Positions 47,816 through 57,197 of a stretch of DNA of 64,000 nt are shown one piece after another. Positions within the stretch are counted from its first letter, which is position 1. Every line of letters begins with the position of its first letter. Source of the stretch: Bradyrhizobium sp. Lineage in GTDB: Bacteria; Pseudomonadota; Alphaproteobacteria; Rhizobiales; Xanthobacteraceae. Location: positions 103,798-167,797 of the forward strand of contig NZ_JBEKRB010000007.1 in assembly GCF_049519115.1 (NCBI RefSeq), read 5' to 3'. A program made the position numbers and the translations under genes. The notes under the pieces were generated by a model, which saw only the letters and a program-made list of their open reading frames with translations, ran no database searches and had not been told where the DNA came from.

Positions 47816-49147
47816 GTGACGGAGCTGGCCAATCAACTGACACTCACCGATGCGGTGATCCGCAACGCCACGCTGCCGCCGGGCAAAGCGCAGCATTATC
47901 TCCACGACGACAAGCTGCCCGGCCTCGCCATGCGCATGCGCACCACCGGTGGTCGGACCTGGGTCTACCTCTTCACCAAGCCGGGTGTGAGGGGGACCCA
48001 GCGCAAGACACTCGGCGCGTGGCCCAAATACAATGAGAAAGCTGCGCGCAAGGCCGCCACTATCGCCGCTGGTGAAGTCGTCAAGGGCGTGGACCCCAAC
48101 GAAACGAAGCGCGAGGCGAGGCGGCAACAGGCAGCCGAGAAGCAGCGGACCACGCTGGCGATCCTCATCGTTGAAGATGGTCCCTACCAGACGTTCTTGA
48201 CCGGACGTCAAGTCGTCAACTGGAAGCCAGCAATGTCGGCGCTGCGGCGCGGGCTCAAGGATCACGCCGAGAGCGGCGTGGGGGACCTGACGCGGCGGCA
48301 GATCATGGCGGCGGTCGACAAGATTGCGAAGACCGGCAAGCGTGGCGCGGCCAAAGACCTGCGCAAGCACACCCACACCTTCCTCGAATGGTGCGTTAGC
48401 GAGGGCTATGTCGACCACAATGTGGTCGCCGGCTATCGCGAGCCCAAAGAAACCCGTGCGCAGAGGATCGGACGCCGAACGAAGGGCCGCGCATTAACCG
48501 ATGATGAGATCATCAAGGTTTGGCATGCATCCGGCAAGCTCGGGGCTTTTGGTCTCCTGACACGCATGTGCCTACTCGGGGGCCCGCGCCGCAGCGAGCC
48601 CACCATGATCGAGTGGTCTAAGCACGTCATGGAGGACCGCATCACCTTCGATGCGGCGTGGACCAAGATGGGCCTACACCACGACGTGCCACGCACCCAC
48701 CTCGTTGACGAGGTGCTTGCAGCCGCGCAACATTTCCAGCGAGCGACGTCCGACTATGTCTTCCCGTCACCGAAGACCGGCGGCCAGATGTCAGGCTTCA
48801 CCAAGATGGTCAACCGTCTGATCAAGGAAGCCGGTGTTGCCAAGTTCACCATGCATGATTTAAGGCGCAGCTTGCGCACCATCATGTCACGCTGCGGCTA
48901 CGACAACGAAATCCAGCGGCTGTGTGTTGGGCAAAAGCCGCGCGGAATCGATCAGGTCTACAATCACGACGAACAGTGGATCATCCGCAGGATGGCGTTC
49001 GAAGCGGCTCATGACTACATCGCGCAGTTGGTTGGCGCGAAACGGGTCGGCAAGGTCGTGCGCCTGCAGCGGACGAACCCGCTCGACCCCATCAAAGCCG
49101 AGCTGCTCGGCCGTCTCCGCGAGCATTATGCGGCTGGGGCGGCTTAG
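47816..49147 (+). CDS. Tyrosine recombinase/integrase with N-terminal Arm-DNA-binding domain
   Basis: DDKLPGLAMRM...RKTLGAWP arm domain; GPRRSE, MHDLRRS and VYNH catalytic boxes. Confidence 0.92.
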   Translation: MTELANQLTLTDAVIRNATLPPGKAQHYLHDDKLPGLAMRMRTTGGRTWVYLFTKPGVRGTQRKTLGAWPKYNEKAARKAATIAAGEVVKGVDPNETKREARRQQAAEKQRTTLAILIVEDGPYQTFLTGRQVVNWKPAMSALRRGLKDHAESGVGDLTRRQIMAAVDKIAKTGKRGAAKDLRKHTHTFLEWCVSEGYVDHNVVAGYREPKETRAQRIGRRTKGRALTDDEIIKVWHASGKLGAFGLLTRMCLLGGPRRSEPTMIEWSKHVMEDRITFDAAWTKMGLHHDVPRTHLVDEVLAAAQHFQRATSDYVFPSPKTGGQMSGFTKMVNRLIKEAGVAKFTMHDLRRSLRTIMSRCGYDNEIQRLCVGQKPRGIDQVYNHDEQWIIRRMAFEAAHDYIAQLVGAKRVGKVVRLQRTNPLDPIKAELLGRLREHYAAGAA

Positions 49148-49463
49148 TGGTCTTGTCGCATCCGGCCAGATAGTCGCGCACGGCATCGACACGATAGAGT
49201 GGGCGGCCATCGACGTAGCGCCATTTCAGCGGATGGTTCGGATCGCGCCGCCACTGCTCCAGCGCGCCGGGCGTGCGCCGAATTACCGCGGCCGCCTCCA
49301 ATGCTGTCAAATTGGAGCTGCCCGGCAGCGTGTCGATATCGAAAGTCGCGGGCGGAGGGATGCCACGGTTTTTACGATGGCGCTTCGTTGAAGGTAGCAC
49401 TCCCTGGGGACCACTTGATGACCCCAATGCCTCGCTACGAGTCTTTTCGTCCTTGCCGCTCAT
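49092..49463 (-). CDS. Excisionase-like HTH DNA-binding protein
   Basis: LTALEAAAVIRRTPGALEQWRR...GRPLYRVDAVRDYL (HTH_17/AlpA-like); convergent with and overlapping the integrase. Confidence 0.7.
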   Translation of the reverse strand: MSGKDEKTRSEALGSSSGPQGVLPSTKRHRKNRGIPPPATFDIDTLPGSSNLTALEAAAVIRRTPGALEQWRRDPNHPLKWRYVDGRPLYRVDAVRDYLAGCDKTTKPPQPHNARGDGRAARL

Positions 49464-49828
49464 GCCATCCCGAACAATGATCGGTCTGAGGCAATAAGAT
49501 CGTATTCGTCTCTAGCAAGAAAGAAATCGCGAGCGCAGATACGGCTGCTGGGTAGCTGTGGCGTAGAAATAGGACGAATGCATCCTTTCGCGCAGGCGGG
49601 GCGGCGCTCAAAGTCGACAGCAGCGGCAATCTTCCGCCGATCGAGGAAGCGGCGACCGCTGCGGGATCCGAATCGTTTGCGCCTGTCACGATCACGTTTC
49701 TGACGGTCGAGCAGTCCGGAAACTCCACTTGCCGCGGTTCGTAAACAGGCGTTGGATGATTTCAGGGACGCAGGTCGGGCAGGCGCCGATTTCGTACCTC
49801 GGTCGACTGTAGATGGCACGGAATCCAC
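49460..49828 (-). CDS. Hypothetical basic protein
   Basis: Only support is an ATGA overlap with the xis-like gene; no recognised motif. Confidence 0.3.
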   Translation of the reverse strand: MDSVPSTVDRGTKSAPARPASLKSSNACLRTAASGVSGLLDRQKRDRDRRKRFGSRSGRRFLDRRKIAAAVDFERRPACAKGCIRPISTPQLPSSRICARDFFLARDEYDLIASDRSLFGMA

Positions 49829-49881
49829 TTCTGAGGGCTGGCAGCCCGAAGAATACGTTCACGGCATCGGAGGACTGACCC

Positions 49882-50529
49882 ATGACTTCCGAGAAGAGCA
49901 AGGTTCGCGTCACCGTTTCCGACAACGGCCCCTACATGGTCACCGGCGACATCCCTCTCGCCAAACAGACCATCACGACGAATGCCGAAGACGGGTCCGA
50001 GGCGTGGCAGGAAGGTTCGGCCGTCGCGCATCGAGAAACATATGCGCTGTGTCGCTGCGGGGCGTCGCAAACCAAGCCGTTCTGCGACGGCTCACATCTC
50101 AAAATCGGTTTCGTCGGTAACGAGACGGCGAGTCGAGAGCTAACTGACGCGGAAAGCCTCTGCGCGTTCGCGCGTTTCTGCGACCCGAACGGCAATGTTT
50201 GGAGTCAGGTTTCGCAGACCGACGATGGCGAAGTCCGCACCATGTTTGTTCGGCAGGTGAACGAATGTCCCTCGGGACGTCTGGTGGCCTGGAACAAAGT
50301 CTCCGGTAAACCCGTCGAACATGCGTTGCCGGTATCGATCGGCCTGATCGAGGACCCCGAGCAGCAATGCAGCGGACCCCTGTGGTTGCGAGGTGGGATA
50401 CCGGTCGTCGCTTCGGACAGGTTCGAATATGAGGTTCGCAATCGCGTCACACTCTGCCGTTGCGGAGAATCGAAGAACAAGCCGTTCTGCGATGGGACGC
50501 ATGCGGCAATCAAGTTCTCGGATTCCTAA
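49882..50529 (+). CDS. CDGSH iron-sulfur domain protein (two CDGSH motifs plus a central Cys domain)
   Basis: LCRCGASQTKPFCDGSH and LCRCGESKNKPFCDGTH; LCAFARFCD...CPSGRL. Confidence 0.9.
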   Translation: MTSEKSKVRVTVSDNGPYMVTGDIPLAKQTITTNAEDGSEAWQEGSAVAHRETYALCRCGASQTKPFCDGSHLKIGFVGNETASRELTDAESLCAFARFCDPNGNVWSQVSQTDDGEVRTMFVRQVNECPSGRLVAWNKVSGKPVEHALPVSIGLIEDPEQQCSGPLWLRGGIPVVASDRFEYEVRNRVTLCRCGESKNKPFCDGTHAAIKFSDS

Positions 50530-50543
50530 CATTGGAGTAGGTC

Positions 50544-51813
50544 ATGGTTTCGAATCAGGCGGGTTCTCCCGATTCAGCGTTGCGCGACCTCGAAAGACTC
50601 CTCCCGGACTTGGAAGCCCTTTACAAGGACGTGCATTCGCATCCCGAGTTGTCGATGCAGGAGACGCGCACGGCGGCGCTGGCGGCGGACCATCTTCGCG
50701 CTGCGGGTTTTGAAGTCTCAGCGGGTGTCGGAAAGACCGGCGTGGTCGGCTTGCTCCGGAACGGCGAGGGGCCGACCGTCATGCTGCGCGCCGACATGGA
50801 CGCGTTGCCCGTCGAGGAAGCGACCGGACTTCCCTATGCCAGCAAGATCACCGCCAAGGATCAAGACGGAATGACGGTCCCCGTCGGTCATATGTGCGGC
50901 CACGACATGCACGTAACCTGGCTCGTCGGCGCCACCAAATTGCTCGCCGAGGCCAAAACGACGTGGCGCGGGACCGTAATGGCAGTCTTTCAGCCCGGCG
51001 AGGAGACGGCGCAAGGAGCGCAGGCCATGATCGACGACGGGTTGTTCAAGCGCTTCCCGAAGCCGGATGTGGTTCTCGGCCAGCACGTCATGGTGGGCTC
51101 CTTCGGGTACGGTTGCCGGCCGTGCGGGTGCGATCACTTCGGCGGCGGACAGCTTGCAGATCCGCCTGTTCGGGCGCGGCGCGCACGGATCGATGCCGCA
51201 GGCGAGCATCGACCCGGTCGTGATGGCGGCCGCTACGGTGATGCGGCTCCAAACGATCGTTTCACGGGAGATCGCCGCGGCGGAGGCGGCCGTCGTAACC
51301 ATCGGCGTCTTGCAAGCGGGGACGAAAGAAAACGTCATTCCGGACGAGGCCATCATCAAACTGAACGTGCGGACTTTCGACGCCGACGTCAGGACGCGCG
51401 TACTGGCTGCGATCGAGCGGATCGTCAACGCCGAGGCGGCAGCTTCCGGCGCTCCTCGCAAACCTGAGATCACGTCGCTGGACCACTATCCTCTCAACGT
51501 CAACGACCGGGAGGCCAGCAAGCGGGTAGTTGACTCGTTCCGGGGGCATTTCGGTGCCGACCGCGTCCGGGAAACGGGGCCCGCTCCAGCGAGCGAGGAC
51601 TTCGGATCGTTCGGGACCGAATGGCACGTGCCCTCGGTTTTCTGGTTCGTCGGCGGCACCGATCCGGAGACTTACGCCAAGGCGAAAACGGCAAACAAGC
51701 TCACCGAGCTTCCGGTGAACCACAGCCCGAAATTCGCACCTGTTCTACACCCCACCTTGCAAACCGGTGTGGAAACGCTGGTGGTCGCGACCCGCGCCTG
51801 GTTGCCGGCGTAA
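50544..51813 (+). pseudogene. M20 amidohydrolase (hippurate hydrolase-like) with a +1 frameshift near 51099
   Basis: The N-half (HPELS, RADMDALP, CGHDMH, QPGEE) and C-half (GRGAHGS, SEDF, NHSP) lie in different frames; total length is 3x423+1. Confidence 0.8.
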
Positions 51814-51830
51814 CGCCGGAAAGCGGCATC

Positions 51831-52496
51831 ATGGAAAAGCTCCCGCTTGCGCTTGATCTGACGGGTACCTTCGTCTTCGCGCTGAGCGGGGCGTTGGCGG
51901 GGGTCAAGCGCGAACTGGACTTGTTCGGCGTTCTGGTGCTGTCGTTCGCGGCGGCCAATTCCGGAGGTATCACCCGGGATCTCCTGATCGGCGTCGTTCC
52001 TCCCGGAGCGGTCGCCGATTGGCGCTATCTCGGCGTGTCGCTCTTCGCCGGCATCATCACCTTCTGCTTCTCGCCCCTGATCGTGCGCCTGTCGAACCCG
52101 GTCCTTCTCTTCGACGCGGCGGGTCTCGCGCTGTTCGCGGTCACCGGAGCATCGAAAGCGCTGGCCCACGGACTGAACCCGGTCATGGCGATCGTGCTCG
52201 GCATGGTGACCGGAATCGGCGGCGGCATGGTCCGCGATGTGCTGCTGGCCGAGATTCCGACGGTGCTTCGTGCGGAACTGTATGCCGTCGCGGCGCTGGC
52301 AGCCGCAGCCATCGTAGTGGTCGGACACATGTTGCGGTTGCCGGATGCCCCGGTGATCGCGGTGGCGCTTTTTTCATGCTTCACGCTCCGCCTCATGGCG
52401 ATCAAGTACCGCTGGCGGCTTCCGGTCGCGAAGATCAGGGGCCAAGGCGATGCGGGCGTCGAAAAAGCGCGTTCGAAAGATCCGGAGAAGTCCTAG
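51831..52496 (+). CDS. Trimeric intracellular cation channel / UPF0126 family membrane protein
   Basis: FALSG...DLFG...GGITRD, then DAAGL...GIGGGMVRD (internal repeat). Confidence 0.88.
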   Translation: MEKLPLALDLTGTFVFALSGALAGVKRELDLFGVLVLSFAAANSGGITRDLLIGVVPPGAVADWRYLGVSLFAGIITFCFSPLIVRLSNPVLLFDAAGLALFAVTGASKALAHGLNPVMAIVLGMVTGIGGGMVRDVLLAEIPTVLRAELYAVAALAAAAIVVVGHMLRLPDAPVIAVALFSCFTLRLMAIKYRWRLPVAKIRGQGDAGVEKARSKDPEKS

Positions 52497-52564
52497 TGCT
52501 CCGTTCTCGTCCCCTAAAAATCGAGCCCCGCCAATCTCTGAAATCCTGGATCATGCTGCGCCGC

Positions 52565-52720
52565 TCAAATCGGGAGGCCAAGTTGCGATTCCTCTTGGTC
52601 GTCACCTTGCAATGAAGAAAGAGAAACCCCCAAGAGGCGCACCGGCCTGGGAACGGGCATCTCGTTTTGCAGCAGTGCGATCGACAGCCGTTCGAGGTCG
52701 CCGCGGCTCGCTACCGCGAC
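52565..52720 (-). pseudogene. dinB: C-terminal remnant of DNA polymerase IV
   Basis: PVRLLGVSLSSL...QLGLPI little-finger terminus; no catalytic domain upstream. Confidence 0.6.
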
Positions 52721-52932
52721 GATGCCGCCGACATGTAATCCCCCGAAAGCGCGAGGCCGTTCTGCCATCCTGTGAGGACTCGACCTGAAGAACGTGAAGA
52801 ACTGGCCTGAGTACGCCATCTGGGGTCTGGCACTTCACCAGGAGCAACTGCCGTGGTTCACATTGGTGGAATTCATCCAGTGTCTCAGAAGCGCCAAAAG
52901 CCAACCTCGCGGCCAAAGCAGGCTTAACGCCG

Positions 52933-54105
52933 CTAAGTCGTCGGCATCCGAAAAGTGAACCGGGTCTCCGCTGCCGATGAAGTGACATCGAGTGTCCCTC
53001 CGTGCGCACGTGCTATCTCTGATGCGATGTACAATCCAAGGCCCAAGCCTTGAAGAGATTGTTGCACGGTTCCTCGATAAAAAGGGTGAAATAATTTCTC
53101 CATGGCCGCTGGCGGGATTGGACTACCGGAATTCGCAACCGACAATTCAAACGTTCCGGCGTGAGTTGCGGCGTTGACGATTATCGGCTTGTCCTGGGAT
53201 CCGTGTGTGATGGCGTTGCCGAGCAGATTTGAAAACAATTGGCCGATCCGCTGCCCGTCGAAATTTACCGTCTTGGTCAGGTTGAAATTCGTCTCGATCG
53301 TTCTGTCCAGATGACTTGAACGAAGCTCCGCCACGACCTGATCGAGTATCTGAGCTATTGGTTCTTTGGTGCTACGTTGTAAAGTCAGACCGCCGCCCAA
53401 GCGTCCCCGCGCGAAATCCAGCACGTTATCGATCAAACGAGACATGCGATTGATGGTGGTTTGCATCAAGATGGCAATGTCGGATATCTCTTTTTCCGAT
53501 TTTGCTCTCGTCATCATTCGCGTGCCAGATGCCATTGACGCAAGCGGGTTACGCAGGTCATGGCCCAGCACGGCGATAAACTGTTCGCGTAGATCAGATA
53601 CTTGGCGCTCACCGAGAAGAATGGCCTCGCTTGCCGCTAGACTTTGAGCGGAGTTAAGCTGGGAGCCAATCAGTTCGGCGAACAGTTTGAACGTCTGGAC
53701 GATTTCGGGACTTAGACGTGCTGGGCGCGGGTCGATAGCGCACAGCGTCCCGAACATTGACCCATCCGACAAAATGATCGGCATCGATATATAGCTTTGG
53801 AAACCGTATAGTGCTGGAGTGGGATGACCGCTGAAACATTCATCGTTGGCTACGTGCTCAATGACGACAGCTTCATGGCTGAGGCGGATTTCGTTGCAGA
53901 TCGTGGTGTCAAGTTTGAGCTCACTTCCGGGTTTCAGGCCGAAGGCGATTTCGTCGCGTGCCGCACAGCAAACCCATCGATGGTCGGTAACCCGTGCGAT
54001 GCCAGCAAATCCCATTCCGGTAGAACGGCACACAACCTCGAGAATACGAGGCACCGCATCGATGCCCTGTATGGCGTCGATGTCTGCCGCAAAATCGTTC
54101 GCCAT
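52933..54105 (-). CDS. GAF-domain sensor histidine kinase
   Basis: GTLCAIDP GAF; LGHDLRNPL H-box; NLLGNA and GLGLGLYI motifs. Confidence 0.92.
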   Translation of the reverse strand: MANDFAADIDAIQGIDAVPRILEVVCRSTGMGFAGIARVTDHRWVCCAARDEIAFGLKPGSELKLDTTICNEIRLSHEAVVIEHVANDECFSGHPTPALYGFQSYISMPIILSDGSMFGTLCAIDPRPARLSPEIVQTFKLFAELIGSQLNSAQSLAASEAILLGERQVSDLREQFIAVLGHDLRNPLASMASGTRMMTRAKSEKEISDIAILMQTTINRMSRLIDNVLDFARGRLGGGLTLQRSTKEPIAQILDQVVAELRSSHLDRTIETNFNLTKTVNFDGQRIGQLFSNLLGNAITHGSQDKPIIVNAATHAGTFELSVANSGSPIPPAAMEKLFHPFYRGTVQQSLQGLGLGLYIASEIARAHGGTLDVTSSAAETRFTFRMPTT

Positions 54106-54214
54106 CAGTAGCTAACTCAAACGTCCAAATTTACGGTAACCGACTGAATTGACTTTTGTCCACATGGAACAAGCGTCGCACGCGGTGCTTAGCATCCATA
54201 GGGAGGCATATGGT

Positions 54215-54595
54215 GTGGCGCAATCGACAAAGAGATCGCCGGTCGTCCTGATCGTTGAAGACGAGTTCCTTATCCGAAAGGATGCAGCCGATATGGTTAC
54301 GGAAGCCGGCTTCGATGTTGTCGAAGCAGAAAACGCCGATGAAGCGATTTCGATCCTTGAGAGCCGCTTCGACATAACCGTTGTGTTCACCGATATACAG
54401 ATGCCGGGTTCTATGGATGGGTTGAAGCTTGCCGCCGCCATTAGAGGCCGCTGGCCGCCCATCAAGATCGTGGCGACCTCTGGACTGCTCAAGATTAACA
54501 AGGATGACTTGCCTTCTGGCAGTCGCTTTCTGCCCAAGCCCTACAGCCCCTCGCAGATCGTTGGAGCGCTCCGCGAGTTGACCGGCGAGGTCTGA
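54215..54595 (+). CDS. Single-domain response regulator (receiver only)
   Basis: VLIVEDE, FTDIQMPG and LPKPY motifs; GGGAGG RBS before GTG 54215. Confidence 0.9.
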   Translation: MAQSTKRSPVVLIVEDEFLIRKDAADMVTEAGFDVVEAENADEAISILESRFDITVVFTDIQMPGSMDGLKLAAAIRGRWPPIKIVATSGLLKINKDDLPSGSRFLPKPYSPSQIVGALRELTGEV

Positions 54596-54924
54596 TGCCT
54601 CGAGCCCCTCTGACTTAGGGTTCCTGAGTCCGCCGCCGCGGCAGATTTAACTCCTCCCGCGTGTGCGTATAATGGCGCGCATGGAAGAGACTGCACCCAA
54701 GGAACCAGCTGCGCCGCCTTGCAGCAAGGTGCGGGGACCAACCTCGGTTTATGACCAGCATGCTGGACCCGCCGACCGGCCGGACGTTTCACATATTCCG
54801 CTGCCCATGCGGGGATAATTCCTGGATTTCGGAAAAGAAGCCAGGGCCCGGGTGGACGAATTATCGGGGCTTAAGTTGATAGCCTCGCACCGTGGCGATC
54901 AAAACGTTTGAATGCAAAGTGCAA

Positions 54925-56058
54925 CTACGCCACCGCTTGGCTTTTCGCCTCACCGCCTGCAAAGGTCGCGTGAGTAACCGTAACGGCCGTTCCTTGTGGT
55001 CCGCTCGAAGTAACGACTTGGGAGTCGAGTTGCTTGGCGAGCGCCTTGACGATACCGGTGCCAAGGCCGGATTTCGGCTGGGCAAAGACGCCGTCAGGTT
55101 TTCCAATCCCGTTATCGACGACGGATAGTTTCCAGTCTATGCCGGACACTTCGTAAGAGACGGCGATCTGTCCGTTTTGCGTTCCTGGTTTAAAAGCGTG
55201 CTTTAACGCGTTAATCACAAGTTCGGTGACGATTAATCCCAGGCTCTCGGCGTCGCGACAAGTTGCCCTCCCACCCCGACCGAGCACCCTCAACGAAATC
55301 GACTGATGCTCGGCTATCATCGAGTGGGCGAGTGCTTCGCAAAGCTTGGTCAGATACGGCTGCATTTCCATCGAGCCGAGGCCCGCCGAAGCGTGAAGGT
55401 GCTCCTGCACGGCCGCAACCGAAATGACCCTGACGTGAGCGTCGTGCAGATGGCGCCGCGTTTCCTCCGACTCCACCGATTTTGCCTTCATCATGATAAT
55501 GCTGGCGATGATCTGGAGGCTGTTGGCGACCCTATGCTGGAGTTCGTCGAGCAGCACGTCTTTCTGGTGTAATAGCTCATCCTTATCGCGCTCTAGACCG
55601 CGTTGAATCGTAATGTCCTCGATGCCAAGCAGGATATTGGTATGCGCTTTCTCGTAGCGAACGATGCAGGCATTTAAAAGCATCACACGTCGTCCGATGC
55701 GGAGAAAGTCATGCTCGACTTCGTATTCAACCATCGGACTTTGACTGGGTATAACTTCTTCCAGGAGCAAGCGGAGCTTGGGAATGTCCCATTCGCGGTC
55801 GCGCAATTCATAAAGGTGCTTTCCTTGTGCGTCGCGGGGATCGATCGAGAACTTCACATAGAACGACCGGCTCGCGGCGACCACCCGCAGGTCCTTGTCG
55901 AGGACGATCAGAGGTTCACGAACGGTGTCGACCATCGCTTGTGCCAGCGCACAAGCGTCTTCGACCTCGCTAAATTGCTTTCTAAACACGGGTGACCTTT
56001 CGCCGCGCGTTCGGATGTGCGCGGGATAAACCGGATGCGGTGAGGAGATCAGGTCCAA
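54925..56058 (-). CDS. PAS-domain HisKA_2/HWE-type histidine kinase
   Basis: DELQHRVANSLQ, ELVINALKHAF, DNGIG and GLGTGIV motifs; start may be GTG 55989. Confidence 0.9.
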   Translation of the reverse strand: MDLISSPHPVYPAHIRTRGERSPVFRKQFSEVEDACALAQAMVDTVREPLIVLDKDLRVVAASRSFYVKFSIDPRDAQGKHLYELRDREWDIPKLRLLLEEVIPSQSPMVEYEVEHDFLRIGRRVMLLNACIVRYEKAHTNILLGIEDITIQRGLERDKDELLHQKDVLLDELQHRVANSLQIIASIIMMKAKSVESEETRRHLHDAHVRVISVAAVQEHLHASAGLGSMEMQPYLTKLCEALAHSMIAEHQSISLRVLGRGGRATCRDAESLGLIVTELVINALKHAFKPGTQNGQIAVSYEVSGIDWKLSVVDNGIGKPDGVFAQPKSGLGTGIVKALAKQLDSQVVTSSGPQGTAVTVTHATFAGGEAKSQAVA

Positions 56059-56154
56059 CGGTCTTAAGTTACTTAAGGTCCGTCGTTAGATCGGCTTATT
56101 ACCGGTCAATATTGACCACTCGACCGTAGCAGGTTGGAGCCGCAGATCGTCGTG

Positions 56155-56274
56155 ATGTCCGAGTTGGGGTCATTAGCACCGTTCTGACGCTTTGCCGGCC
56201 ACTTCCGGTCTAACCCGACGAACAGACATTTTCTGATGCGCTCGGCATGTTGGCTTCGTGCCAGAAGCAGAACT
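56155..56274. repeat. ATGTCC...GGTCAT...GACAT dispersed repeat, intact copy
   Basis: Anchors and spacing are collinear with the IS-interrupted copy at 56905/58335. Confidence 0.65.
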
Positions 56275-56286
56275 GAAAGTGCCCGG

Positions 56287-56805
56287 CTACTTCGCCCGCT
56301 TGAATACGACTTCAAGCGTCGTGCTGGGCACCAAGCCAGGTCTTGTGAACTTCAACTCGTTTTCGGTCAGTGAAGTAATAGTGCGTTTTTCGGTGGGGTC
56401 GCCGGTTAGATTTGCAAATGTACTGGCTTGGATATCGACACTGAGAACGTTGCTTGCTTCGTCCAGCAAATATTTTCCGAAATAGGCGATGGACCCGGCG
56501 AGGACGGCCTTGGCCTCGTCAGCAGTCGCCGTTTGGGGTCTGCCGGAAACCAGCTTTGGAAGATCAGCCCGCGCCTGCATGAGAGAAAAATATCCATCGC
56601 TCGTGTAGATTACGATGCCCTTCGGATTTTCACCGAACAGAGGACGCCTCGTGCCGTCGGAAGACACGACATCGACGGAAACCTGGAGCCAGGTGCCGAC
56701 GAGTTTTTCCTTGAGCGATTGTTTCTGGCCGAGCGCATCGAATGTCATCAGGGGCGATCCAAAAGCCGCGATAATGCATGCGGCAAAAATCACGCGCAAA
56801 TTCAT
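56287..56805 (-). CDS. Lipocalin-like domain secreted protein
   Basis: Signal peptide; KLVGTWLQVS, GIVIYT.DG and IAYFGKY motifs. Confidence 0.8.
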   Translation of the reverse strand: MNLRVIFAACIIAAFGSPLMTFDALGQKQSLKEKLVGTWLQVSVDVVSSDGTRRPLFGENPKGIVIYTSDGYFSLMQARADLPKLVSGRPQTATADEAKAVLAGSIAYFGKYLLDEASNVLSVDIQASTFANLTGDPTEKRTITSLTENELKFTRPGLVPSTTLEVVFKRAK

Positions 56806-56945
56806 TGGTTTCTCCCGAAGAGACGACTGATCGCGTTGGTCAAAGCCGCAATTCCGGACGTTACCACGCTCCGAAAAACGAGCAAGGTAAGGCTCGGGCC
56901 TGGCATGTCCTTGAGGGTCATGTGTGGACGACGCCCACGGGTCAA

Positions 56946-57197
56946 GGGATTTTTTGGTTCTCAGCTTGCGGTCGGGTGCAAGTCATGTGTCCGGCCTGTT
57001 GGTGCGGCGCTCATGACCGCTGGCCCTGATGTAATCCGCAGATTGAGTCCCTATCATTCGCCCGCGCTCAAGAGCGCTTGACCCAGTAGCGGGTTCTCCC
57101 AATCCCCGGTCCAACCGGTTCGCATCAAACCATTATCACCCTCGACTTTCTTGTGCGCCTCGACGCAGCTTCCCAAACTATTTCGATGCCAAGCCCT
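56946..57197 (-). ncRNA. Predicted bridge/seek RNA in the IS 3' non-coding region (boundaries approximate)
   Basis: Contains segments matching the target junction (GGGUCA, GCGAAUGA) and the donor junction (ACAUCA, ACACAUGA), arranged in two loops. Confidence 0.7.

Noticed and set aside
54166-54190. EcfG-type promoter (GGAAC-N16-GCTT) before the response regulator
   Set aside because: The -10 element is a poor match; too weak to call.
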